A stretch of 64,000 nt of DNA from Callorhinchus milii (Eukaryota), in the NCBI RefSeq assembly GCF_018977255.1, contig NW_024704742.1:40674001-40738000 (forward strand), written 5' to 3'. Shown piece by piece: positions 1 to 11,392 of this stretch. Position 1 is the stretch's first letter. The number at the start of each line of letters is the position of its first letter. The position numbers were made by a program, and so were the translations under genes. Under the pieces are notes generated by a model that was not told where the DNA came from, made no database searches, and was given only the letters and a program-made list of their open reading frames with translations.

Positions 1-1934
1 CGTGTAGCTCTTAATAGGAGCGCAAATAACAGAAAGACACAATCATTGTAAATAAAATTATGGCTTCAGTGATCACAAAAGCATAAGACATGAATAATAA
101 AGTTTAGTGCAATTAATTAATCAGATTGATACAGTGGCTGTGATTAGGAATCAACTTGTTAATGTGGTTCTATCAATGTTGATTGTAGAATATCTCTTCT
201 TAAGATCGGTTAGACTTGTCTTCTTCGTTCCCAAATTTAGAACTTTTTAGTCACGTTGCCAAGTCAGCAGTGAGACCTTCAACAGCTTGTTTTTGCCATT
301 CATTGTAGGGTTAAAAATATATCCATCAAGGTTGGTATTCTCCTTTTGTTCTTGGCAACCTTTATGTACTGATGTTACCATTGTCCTTGAGAGTCCATAG
401 AATCAGTTCTATTTCAGCAAAACAAGTCCATGAGTCTTCGCGATATCCTTTTTGGTCAACTTAAGACAAACCAGAATTCTGGGTTTGCGAAATGTCTAGT
501 CCCCACCTCGAGTGGGTGAAGCTGACAACACAGCCCATGATCACCATCAGCATCTTCACGATTCCCTTTTACTTCAGCCACCACATCATTCCTTTCAACT
601 AATATTAGCATCATTCCTTTCAACTAATAATTACAGCACATCATTATTAATAATAACATGATTAACAAATAGTATGGCCACAGAAATTTTAAATATTATT
701 TCAGTGGATGTTCTCTCTATCCTTTCCTTCTGGCTTTGAGCATTACTGAAATACTGGAATAGACAAAGTAAACGTTACATAAAATAAATCAGAACAATGA
801 CATTCTTAATACTATCACTTCTTCTTGAACTGTCACAGTGTTTACCCATCGACCCCATAACCGCACGCTCTACCAACGCATACAAAACCTGCTCGGTTGC
901 CAATGTAGACCCTATCCTCTGTGCAGGTATTGGCCGCTGTTGTAAAGTAGACGATTGATTGGGTTGTATTTGTCCACTCATCTCCCCCCCAAGTCGGTCG
1001 AGCTGAAATTGAATGTGAAGACCAGCTTTATGGGTGGGAGGATAAGCAAAGTATGTCGTCCTAGAAGAAGTTGCTGGAAGGAAATCGACCTCCATAGGGT
1101 GTAACGAGCCATTGTCAATATCTGTAGGAACCAAATCACAAAGTGAATTCTCCCGTTTCTTTAAACATTTTAGTTGGTTAATATGATTGCAGTAAAGTTG
1201 GGGACCATCATGTGAAGTGGGAATAGAAATTTGATCTATTTGTGCTACTGTCTCAAAATACTTGCACTACTAGCTTTACCAGGGATTCAATTGTAGCTTG
1301 GACATGATCATTGATTGTAAAAACAGTTTCACTTTATGTGGAAACCAAAGAGTTTTCTCTCTGATCATCAGCCTGTATTGATCAGCATGAAACAGTGAGT
1401 GTGCTCACAGTCAGTGGCTACAGTCAGTGATTTTTAAAGTTGCCGTGCTGTATAAATTTATTTTCTCTTTTTTTTCAATGAACCCATCCTCTCTCTCTCT
1501 CTCAACTTTTGTTAATCTCTTTATTTGAGAGATCAGCATTTTGAACTTTCTTGACACCTCACAAGTATCAAGGAGACTAAACTGTTTGAGGGCTTTCAGA
1601 TAAGCCAATACGTCATCTCCCTGTCTGGTCTGGAGGCATATCGTTGAGACACAAGGATCTATACGTTGCTCAGTCAGTTGTCTCATTGCTTTTAACTCCT
1701 TCTGTAATCTTTCAAATTTAGAAGTAACTATTTGTCCCAATCTTTCTTCCAAATTGTTCAATTTTACCAAAGGCCTTGAACGCTTTTAATATTGAATGCA
1801 CAGTCTTTCCCAAAAGGCCTCAAACCTTTTACAGCTGGCCTCGAACCACACAATTAGCGCAATTATTCAACAAAACAAATTTTAACCCTGCTGGCCTCGA
1901 ACCACACAACTTTCACAACGGCCTCGAACCTTTT

Positions 1935-2157
1935 ATAATAATAATAATAATAATAATTCTTGCATTTGATAAGAGCGCTTTTCATGTCTTCTAGGCGTCT
2001 CAAAGCGCTTCACAGAATATGCTATAAAGTAAATTGACTGTATATTTGTGGGCAAAACGCGGCAGTCAATTGCGCACAGCAGTGTCCCACAAACAGTCAT
2101 GGATTAGAAATGACCAATTTTATTATTTTTTGGTTTGGAGGGATTATTATTAGGTGT
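1935..2157 (-). mobile_element. 5'-truncated tRNA-derived SINE nested in the LTR element leader
   Basis: (AAT)n tail and body match the full copies at 6870-7181 and 31290-31612. Confidence 0.85.
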
Positions 2158-2474
2158 GTTATAAGTGAGAAAGACTTTGAAAACTAGAACAAATAAATTA
2201 GTCAAAACAGTTATTTCTTTGGTTCAAAATGTTACTAGAACAAACCATTGCAATACTGTAAAACATATATATATATTACCTTGGCTTTGTAAATTTGTCC
2301 ATAAGTGCCTTCACCTATTATTCCAATGATGTCAAATTTGTCCACACAACGTTTTGTCCACACAACCTTTTAACCACTTAATCCGGGTGGCCTCGAACCA
2401 CCACAATCCGTGCTTCCCGGGTTTGTTCGAATAACCTTTCTGGACTTACACATCTGTTTGTTCAGTTAGCAAGG

Positions 2475-2492
2475 ATCCTGCCGACTACGCCA
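2475..2492 (-). promoter_or_regulatory. Primer-binding site complementary to the tRNA-Ser 3' end
   Basis: Plus strand ATCCTGCCGACTACGCCA matches the recalled 3' 18 nt (incl. CCA) of vertebrate tRNA-Ser; lies 2 nt inside the LTR end. Confidence 0.85.
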
Positions 2493-2494
2493 AT

Positions 2495-2912
2495 TGTTGG
2501 GTACCTTCTACCATAATTGGATCCTCGCCATTAACCAATAAAGGTCTGAACACAGAGTTGTACAATCAAGACAATTTATTCAACAATGTAACAAAAGTCT
2601 TGCCCGAGTTCTTATTCTGTGGAGCTCAACTTTCCCATGTATTCATACCCAGCTAATTGGTGTACCCGTGATCTGCTTGTGATGGTACTTTTCCACTAAC
2701 CTATGTGCCCTGCTGAGACTACTTTTCCTCCTTATCTTGTTCCTTTGCTCACCCTCCCTTTTCTTCCTTAACCAATATGTTTTCATAACTTGCATTCCAG
2801 TGGTCTCTGGTCAGGTCACAGACAGCTGCATATAAGTCTGACTGCTGTCAACTCTTTTCTATACTAAAAAGTTGATTGTCTTGTGGATTATTTCCCCCCC
2901 CACAACCCTACA
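2495..2912 (-). repeat. 5' long terminal repeat (418 bp)
   Basis: Minus strand begins TGTAGGG and ends CCCAACA (TG...CA, imperfect terminal inverted repeat); minus-strand AATAAA at 2575-2580; abuts the PBS. Confidence 0.8.
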
Positions 2913-2969
2913 TGGAAATACCGAAGATTGGAAATCATTTTGGATGTCAGCAATGCTGTATTGTCTTAC

Positions 2970-3250
2970 CATAAGATCACAAGATCTCGGCTGTTGATTT
3001 AGATGAAGAGGGCCTTTTGGCCTCATTTGATCCTCATTGTCCTAGAATATTCACTCTAACATCTTCCCATCCCTGCATCAAACTGCTTTTAAATAAGTCC
3101 AGCATCCTGGCCTGAACCACCCTTCCTAGCCACCTGTTCCAGTTATTAATTACCACTGGGTAAAGAGAAACTTCCTGGTGTCTGTCTTGAAATTGCCTTA
3201 TGTAACTCTAAACATGTGTCATCCTGTTCTACTGTCTTGATGCAAAAATA
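2970..3250 (-). mobile_element. Old CR1 LINE 3' fragment
   Basis: Resembles the 3' end of the CR1 at 62317-62640 (CATAAG tail, 'gtaaagagaaacttcct'). Confidence 0.55.
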
Positions 3251-3849
3251 GAATAATCCAGTTATTATACAATTGTTGGAGGGATTATTATTAGGTGTGT
3301 TATAAGTGCGAAAGACTTTGAAAACTAGAACATAAGCATAAACTCAGACCTTGCGTTATAAGGATGGATTGTGTAAAATGGCTGCCAAAATGGGGTCGTG
3401 GATTCCTCAATGTCATTGCAAGCTTGTTACTTCTAAGAAATGCTGCTGGTGTCACTTCCTTTGTAAAAGGCTATCCATGACACTTCCTGTATATAGAGTG
3501 CATTGAAACTGTACAGAGTGGGAACACAGGATGCCAACACTACAAGTAGGTCTGTGTTAAACTAGGACACTTTATAATGGGTCTGTCCTGTGTAAAACCT
3601 TTGTTTTACATTTTTCCAGTGGGAAATATTTTGATGCGCTAATGTGCTGAGTCGCGGATCTCTACATGGTCACAGTTAGGATGATGGGAACAGTCCTTAA
3701 TCTTTCCCGTACAGAGAGAGAGAATGGCAGCAGTGGGGAGGGAAGAGTAAGTCAATCCAATATTCACAACAGTCGTAATTTTGGGGGCTTTTGTTTTGAG
3801 TTAAACTTGTGGTATGGGTGCACTATGTTTTATTGTACTTTTACCTTAG

Positions 3850-3942
3850 GACTATGAAAAGAAGTTGCGGGAGAGAGACATCATTGACACAAAGGACCAC
3901 CTAGATGCTCACAGAGTAAAGGTAGCAAAGTATCTACAGAAG
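3850..3942 (+). CDS. CC2D2A: CC2D2A exon ([10 protein letters not shown]...KYLQK)
   Basis: ttag|GAC...AAG|gtaat, 93 nt. Confidence 0.93.
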
Positions 3943-4439
3943 GTAATTTAACTTGTTAAACTACAAGCACACCTTCAGGCATTATTACAATTTAAACCCT
4001 TCCAAGCTCCAAATGAAAACCTGCCAGTTCAGTACTGGACACGTTGCAGTAACAATTTCAGCAGGAGCAGACCATCAGATTTGTTGTCTGTTTTACCTTC
4101 CTGGGAGCAATCGACATGTAGTTCTAGTGAGCGTTTCACCAAAAGCCAAGATCTGTTTCCTTGTCAACAGTTCAAGCACATTTTTTGTAAAATGTGTTGA
4201 CTTTGTGATTCTCCACACACAACCTTTCTGCAGTGCATGCTTGATGGTTAACATTTTCTTCCAATCAAGTAAGTTGTTATTTGTGCCACATTTCCCTGTG
4301 TTGAAATCCTTTTCTTGCTATTTTAAAATAAAAAGCTGTGCAACAGAATCCCAGAATCATGAGCTAAAATTCAGTTAGAAAAGCGAGAATATGATGAAAA
4401 TACAGATATCACAATTTCTACTTTTTCTTCCCCTCATAG

Positions 4440-4531
4440 GTTCGAGAGTCTGTTGTGAATAGATTCTTGGTGGCAAAGCGCAATTACATCCTGTCTGATT
4501 TAGTTGTAGAAGAAGAGGTTCCCAGCATAGG
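4440..4531 (+). CDS. CC2D2A: CC2D2A exon ([10 protein letters not shown]...EEEVPSIG)
   Basis: atag|GTT...AGG|gtaaa, 92 nt. Confidence 0.93.
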
Positions 4532-5134
4532 GTAAATATCATCTTGTGTATGTTTTTGCATTTACATTTTGACCCTCATATTTTAAATGCTTTATTTTAT
4601 GGTAAAATGGGTAGTAAATGTGCTAACGGCATTCATCCACACGCATGTATCTGCCGCATACTTTGCAGATGAGCATTGAGCATTTGGGGGAAGAATCCAT
4701 GTGTAAATAAATATTATCAACTTCCAGATAACTCATCACAACTTTGCACCGCATTGCCTTGTTGGACTTTGAATGTCATAGCTCATGAAATTCATGTCCT
4801 CTCATTGTGACTGACTAGTTCTTGGTTCTGTTTCTTACTCTGCTTTGGTGTGTTATGCTCACTGTTACACATCCCAGTTAGTAAAGGTCTCCAACAAACA
4901 TTTCTCTGCTTCAAAATCAATCCATGTCAATTTCTAAGGCTAAAAGTGTTCTTGTGTCAGATCAAAAGAATTGTGGAAACATGCCATCAAAATTAAGACT
5001 AAAAATTAAGAATTTGCACAATCTGAAAGTGTTAAGACAATCAACCTTAAAACTGAAACCAAGTTGAATATTGTCTCCCCTTCTCCAGTTTCCCTCTCTT
5101 TAAGCCCAGCCTTTCCCACCAACCCAGATAAGCA

Positions 5135-5330
5135 TTGGACCTCACCAGGCCAGGTTATGAACAGGAAAATCAACCAGGGTTCCACCTCTGATCGCAAAAT
5201 AAGAGAACCCAATATGGGTACCCGGGTGTGTGGATGTTGGAGAAGGACAGGATCAAGCTTAAGCTTTAATATCACTGACAGTCAAATAGTCGACCAACTC
5301 TACTGGTTTAGCGCATGAATGAAGGCCACT
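5135..5330 (+). mobile_element. Ancient SINE relic, LmeSINE1-like from memory; related pieces at about 30781-30860 (+) and 50655-50800 (-)
   Basis: Shared motif 'aaaatcaaccagggttccacctctgatcgc'; 'tgagttagctgatctcagc' in the 50.7 kb copy. Confidence 0.45.
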
Positions 5331-5988
5331 CTTGAAAAATTGCAGAACGTCACGTGATAGGAAAAATAATTTTTTGAAAGGGGGAGAAAATCAGTGAGCG
5401 GAGAAAAAAAATGTTTTCTGTATTTGTTTTGCTTTCATTGATTTCCTTTCATACGTTTTGGTTTCTTTATTTCCACTGCCTGTTCAGTTCTGGTGATCGA
5501 GGGTATGTTTTTTTTCCTGCTTATTTCCAATTGCTTTTCTAATGTTTTAAAAAAGTTTTTCAACTTTTCATGATATAAAAAAAGTTTTTTATTAATGACA
5601 TAAATATATTACTTCCTTCTCGCTGCTCTTGTTTTCAAGTTGATGTTCTTTCATGCATCTTACTGTTTGTTTTCTTGTTTTTTTGGATTTTTTTTTGCAG
5701 TTCTCATGGTTCAGGGTATGTTCCATTCTCTTTCTCTTCCTCTCTTATCTGTCTGGTTGTTTTTTTTATTAATCATTTCTGGCACCTTTCAACATAAACT
5801 TTTCTATGCAAGTATTTCATTTTACAAGCAGTAAATTTGTGTTTTTTGAATATTTTGGTTTCGGTTCATACAAGCAGATTTCGCCAAGTTAAATCTTTCA
5901 GAATTTGCTTTTGAATAACGGTGAACAGAGCTCATTCACTTTTTCATGCTAATTGCTTTCTGATCAACAATTGCTTTCTGATCAATAG

Positions 5989-6156
5989 GGTGTTGGGTAT
6001 CAACTTGTTCAGACTGACAGAACCAAAGAGACCTCTCAAACCACGAAGAAAAGAAAGGAAAAAAGTCACTGCCCAAAACCTTTCAGATGGAGACATTAAG
6101 CTTCTGGTCAACATTCTCCGAGCTTATGACTTACCTATACGTAAAACTACAGGAAG
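5989..6156 (+). CDS. CC2D2A: CC2D2A exon (VLGINLFRL...[29 protein letters not shown])
   Basis: atag|G...AAG|gtag, 168 nt. Confidence 0.95.
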
Positions 6157-6577
6157 GTAGGAACAACAGTAGTAACCTTGAGAGCTACTCTGTCCTATTC
6201 AGTTATCCATTTGTCTTTAAACATTTGTCTCTCTAAAGTGGCTTCTGTGCTAGTGAATGATACTACAGTTATATTACGCATTGAAAATAAAACTAAGAAT
6301 ATGTAATCCATATGTGGGATAAAAGAGGTAACCAGCAGCTGATGAAGCTCCACACATCAAACTGGTGGAAATGTTGTTCAGTGATGTGTGAGGAACAGTG
6401 CCTGCTGTGCCTGCTGTGGACAGGAGGATAGTGGCAATCAGAGTTTTCATTGTAAAGACGTGAAAGCTTCAATATGTATTGTTTGGTATTACATTGCTTG
6501 TGTTGATTGCTAGAGAAAATGAATGCCCCAGGTATACAGATTCATACATGTCATTTGTGTTTTTGCTTTCTATTCAG

Positions 6578-6683
6578 TAAACCTCCACTGGCCTCCAGAT
6601 CAGCGAGGTCTATTAATGAAAGCTTTGCAGCTTCTCAAGTACCTCAAAGTCCTACTCAAAGCCATGACTGGCCTGTTAACCAG
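6578..6683 (+). CDS. CC2D2A: CC2D2A exon (KPPLASRS...DWPVNQ)
   Basis: tcag|T...CAG|gtacg, 106 nt, phase-compatible. Confidence 0.9.
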
Positions 6684-6869
6684 GTACGAATAATCATGAG
6701 ATGTCCAGAATGCAAGGAGTGGGTGGGAAGAAATTCTCCATTGTCCTTTATTTTTATGCTCAAGGCTTGAAGGCAGAGTGAATGAGAGCAGATATACAAA
6801 TCAAATGCATAAGAGAAATTTGGTCAGATGTGAGGAAGAGTGAGGAGGAAGAATAAAGATGAACTTCTC

Positions 6870-7181
6870 ATAATAATAATCCTTGCATTTTTTATAGCGC
6901 TTTTCACGTCTTCTAGACGTCCCAAAGCGCTTCACAGAATATACTGTAAAGTGAATTGACTGTATATTTGTGGGCGAACGTGGCAGCCAATTGCGCACAG
7001 CAATGTCCCACAAACAGTCGTAGATTGAAAATGACCAATTTATTATTGGTTTTGGTTTTGGAGGGATTATTAGTAGGCGTGTGGAGTAAGGAAATTTGCC
7101 CAAGGTTTCGCCCTGCCTGGAATTGAACTCAGGTCTCTTGCTTGCAAAGCAAGTGCTCTAACCACTGAGCTACAGGACTCC
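6870..7181 (-). mobile_element. Full-length tRNA-Ala-derived SINE (short subfamily)
   Basis: tRNA-like head with A/B boxes, conserved body, L2-like tail ending (ATT)n. Confidence 0.9.
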
Positions 7182-8056
7182 ACAAATGGTCAGTGGAACA
7201 GATGCTTTATTCTCAGTGTTTAGTTTAAAAAGTTGTAATCCTGCTGGTCAGCAATCAAAAGCCATAATTTATGAGCCAAAGACAGATGGGTCACCCAACC
7301 TCACAGACTTTGGCATTGAGAACTAGGGAAAAGGAAGTCCACTCCTGGTGTATATATGGGTAAATCCAATTTGATATTTTAGAAATTTCCACTTTTAAAA
7401 CCTGTGCAGGCTCCAATATATTTAGTCATAAACTCCAATCCGTGGACAAAGATTTAGCTCAGAAGAGAGAAGTTGAACAGACCTCTTAGAAGCTGGGACT
7501 ATTCACACTTGAGAAGAGAATGCTTTGGGAGATTTTATTAAAAGTACTCAAGATCCTGAAGGATATTGATAAGCTGAACCCTAATACCATAGAATTCTGT
7601 AATAAGGCATCCCTTTATCAAGCGGATTTGCTTATAACGTCTGTGTCTTGTGGCGCTGTGGTTGGTTTCAGTATGTAGATCAATCAGCTTTCCTTATGCT
7701 ATCAATGGCTGATTTTCAGGTTGTTTGGTCACTTCTGATGTCACTTCTTGTACACAACCAGTGTCCTGTAATTTCCCTTGTTTGGAATGTTAACTGTTTA
7801 TTTCTATGCATTGGGTGCACAAAAAACTGACCCTTTGAGGAATTGAAGAAGACTCCTTCCTCAAATAGCAAGTTGTGTTACCACAGTCACATGCTGAATA
7901 TTGATGAATATGTATGAATATACAGTATATGATGTATGAATCTATATGGATGGTGAAAAACCTAAGGAGAAAGGAAGGTCTGCTGAAACCAACAATGAGG
8001 AAGACTGTTGTCAGTGATGGCCAATTTAACGTGTTATATTTTTCTTTTTGTTAAAG

Positions 8057-8166
8057 TTATCAGTGCGTCCTTTTGTGGAGGTGTCATTCCAACGTACAGT
8101 CTGTCAGACCGCAACGGCAGATGGTCCAAACCCTAATTGGAATGAAGAACTGGAACTCCCATTCAG
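8057..8166 (+). CDS. CC2D2A: CC2D2A exon, C2 domain ([14 protein letters not shown]...[11 protein letters not shown])
   Basis: aaag|TTA...CAG|gtag, 110 nt. Confidence 0.92.
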
Positions 8167-8669
8167 GTAGTGCTTTTTTTTTAACCTTGTAGTTTTTGGT
8201 CTTCTCTAAATAATATCTTTAAGTATTTAGTTTAAGATTAACAGGTTCTTTATATATTTATTTTTAAAAATGAATATTGTCCCAACCCTTGAACTTAATT
8301 TATTGTCCTGAAAACATTGAGTGTTGATCAAAAAAAGTGCACAGGACTACAGAGTGGAAAACTGTGACAATTACCATTATCCATAGGAAACCTCTGCATC
8401 ATGTACATCACTTTTACCAAAAACAACTCTTTTCGCATTACAGTAATTATTAAAATGGATTGATTTGATTTTTTTTAAAAAAAACTCTTTTTCTATTTTG
8501 CTTCTGGTTTGCTCAACTTCTCCCTTCCTCTGCCTGAAACTGCTGATTCTTTTGTCTGGATAACCGGGTGGTGACTGACACACGGAAACCCATGCTTAAA
8601 AATACCCAAACCAAAGTGCTGAGAGTTCCACAAACATATGTAGAAATTTCCATTTGTCTGTGATGTAGT

Positions 8670-9255
8670 GACCCTCATACACGCATTCATAATATCCAGG
8701 CTTGATTATGCAAACTCCCTGCTTGTCGGCCTCCCCAATTTCTCCCTCCATAGGCTGCAGATCATCCAGAACTCTGTAGCCTGTGTCCTCTCCCCCATTA
8801 GGCTCGTGATCCCATCACCTCAATACTCGCCCGACTCCGCTGACACAGAGGATACAGTTCAAGATCCTGGTCATCACCTTCAAAGCCCTCCTACGACCTC
8901 CTAACCCTCTTCTAACCTGCTCGCTCCCTCTGCTCAGCAGGCTCCGCCCTGCTTCACGTCCCCTGCCTCACATGCCCCACCATTGATGGGCAAGCCTTCT
9001 GCCATTCTGCCCCCACCCTCTGTAACTTCATCCTGCAGTCCCTCTGCCTCACCCCCTTCCTTGCTTCATTCAAGACCCGTTTCACGACTCTGCTCTTCGA
9101 CCGTGTCTTCGATCACCCTCCTTTCCCTCCCCCACCCACCGTGCCCTCCACCTTCCCCGATCCTGACCCCCAGCTCAGGTCCGAAACACTGATTGTCCAG
9201 CGCCTTGGGACGTCTTCCCAATGTGAAAGGCACTATAAAAATTTAATGTTGTTCT
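8670..9255 (+). mobile_element. L2 LINE 3' fragment
   Basis: [18 protein letters not shown] motif; tail 'cttgggacgtc...gtgaaaggcactata' plus (GTT)n. Confidence 0.85.
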
Positions 9256-10308
9256 GCTCCTCCAAGTCCTGCTGATGAGCCAGTTGGCTGGTCTGTCATC
9301 AGCCGAATCCTGCAATACCATTTGTCTCAGGAACTGGACTAGCAAGATGGGAGGATCAATTTGATTCCCGTATTCCATTGTCAGTCATGTTGCCTAAAGC
9401 CAGTTTACTCTATAATTGAGTCTAAATACCACCCAGCCTACCCAGAGGATAATTGCTATTTGGATGCTTTAGTTCCACATACACCAACAGCCTTCTAATT
9501 GCTGACATATGTGGTAACCTTTAATCTGGGAGCGTAAACTATTGTTTGCAGCCAATAGAATTATATTGCAAAACATCATTTTAAAATGGCAATCACCCAA
9601 AATGCATAAAAGTGGATTTATCTTTTGTGCGAAAAAGTAACTATGAAAAACAATCAGTAGAATGGTAATGTTCAAACAACGTCCAAGTGGAATAATATTG
9701 AGATCAACTGAAATAAATATACAGTATTCAATAGAAATACTGTAACGAAAAGGAAAAAATACCAAAGAATAGAATTGAAGAATCCAAATGCAAACAGTGA
9801 CATGCTTCATGGTCTCGTATCCTGATCATCGGTGGGCGTGCTTTCAGTTATTCTGCTCCTGCTCTCTGGAACTCCATCCCTTCAACTCACTCTATCCTCC
9901 CTACTTTTAAAGCCCGCCTTAAGACTTGCCTGTTTGACCACCCTTTTGGATGTCTTCCTTCTGCCCTCCTTTCCCCCCTCCCCCCACCAATCTTGGGTGC
10001 CCCACCAGCTGTGTAAAGCTCTTTGAGATGTTCTGCTGACATGAACAGCTCTCTGGATTCATAAATTGTATTGTAAATGTAGAGGAGAAGTGAAAATAAA
10101 TTAAAATGGAAAATATTAACTCCGACAGTTCTTTCCACATTACTGTTGGTGCCTGGAATTCTGCCTGGAAAAGTAACCTAACTGAGAATGACGTCTCCTT
10201 GAACCAATTCTTAAGTAATCTCATCAGCAGAATGCAGTGTTAATTCCCGTATTTTAGTGTATAAGAGTCCTGGAGTGGTGACTGCTTGTGTGTTTGCATT
10301 GAGTCTAG

Positions 10309-10405
10309 AGCTCCGAATGGTGATTACAGCACTGCAAGCCTGCAGTCTGTCACAGATGAAGTGTTCATCAACGTCTTCGATGAAGTTGTTTATGACATCT
10401 TAGAG
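10309..10405 (+). CDS. CC2D2A: CC2D2A exon ([14 protein letters not shown]...DILE)
   Basis: ctag|A...GAG|gtaaa, 97 nt. Confidence 0.93.
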
Positions 10406-10523
10406 GTAAATCTCACAATATTTTTGTGACTATTCAGCAAATGGCATCAATGGGCAAAAATAATTTTACAAATACTGGACACTCATTTATTAATCATTTT
10501 TTAAAAAAAAATCATATTTTTAG

Positions 10524-10622
10524 GATGAACGAGAAAGAGGGAGTGGTGTTCACACTCGTATTGAACAACACTGGTTGGGAGCTGTACAGATCCCATTTAC
10601 TACCATTTACTGCCAGGCTAGG
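10524..10622 (+). CDS. CC2D2A: CC2D2A exon ([19 protein letters not shown]...CQAR)
   Basis: ttag|GAT...AGG|gtaag, 99 nt. Confidence 0.94.
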
Positions 10623-11209
10623 GTAAGGATTGTTTTTTCTGTGTTTAACTGGTGAACACAATTTTGTGCAAGAGGGTATTTCTGAAATAGTAAAACGTTA
10701 ATTTGTAGTAGAAATAAGAACAACTTCCATTTGTTTCATGTAGGATAACATCATAAACATCTCATATTACATATGGCCCCAGTAGTTTAAGGTTAGTCTA
10801 TACAAAATGTATATAGGAAATTCAATTTAGGCTTCTCATAGACCCCTTTTTCAACTCAATGCATGCCATAGGCGATGAGCACCACTTGAACGTGAAGCTG
10901 TCAAAAGTAAAGATGGATAATTTCAGATATAAGATGGAGAGCACCTCCAGACAGGCTATTTGACTTTGACTCTGAGGGCAAGGCAAGAGCAGAGGACAAT
11001 CGAACAAATCTCAACGGGAACTACTTTGATTTAAAAGAAATAAACTGGTAGATAAATGTTGTTATAATTTGCCTTTAACATTGTGCATTATTCATCTTAC
11101 CAATTGGTTTTGTAACTGAGCTCAGTTCCTTATTAAGTTTGTCTTGAGTGGTGAGATAATGGCAATACATGTTAAGTAATGATAGGTATCATTGATCATT
11201 GCTTTACAG

Positions 11210-11386
11210 ATTGATGGCACCTTCAGGATTAACACACCGCCAGTACTGCTAGGATACAGCAAAGAGCGTCATCATGCCAGCGAGGGAGGGTGGGATGCAG
11301 TTCGAAGCCTTAGTGAAGGGTCTTATTTGTCCCTTTTCATCACTGTTGAACCTCAACTTGTACCTGGCGAATCTGTAAGAGAAAAG
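11210..11386 (+). CDS. CC2D2A: CC2D2A exon ([16 protein letters not shown]...PGESVREK)
   Basis: acag|ATT...AAG|gtaat, 177 nt. Confidence 0.95.
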
Positions 11387-11392
11387 GTAATG

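Larger units (their letters stand above)
1..2912 (-). mobile_element. LTR retroelement/ERV-like insertion (5' LTR, PBS and degraded internal region), antisense in a CC2D2A intron; continues past the left edge
   Basis: LTR 2495-2912 followed after 2 nt by an 18-nt tRNA-Ser PBS; broken minus-strand ORFs at 1411-1770 and 775-1260. Confidence 0.8.

Noticed and set aside
2475..2492. tRNA-Ser 3' sequence as a tRNA gene
   Set aside because: Only 18 nt, includes CCA and abuts an LTR end, so it is a PBS
3345..3590. YY1/ETS-like motif cluster as an intronic promoter
   Set aside because: Bounded by weak inverted ends suggesting a decayed DNA-transposon relic; neither reading is well supported
6801..7103. 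Recurrent ORFs such as 'MGKFPYSTRLLIIPPK...' (also 31373, 20534, 45700)
   Set aside because: Chance translations of the SINE consensus
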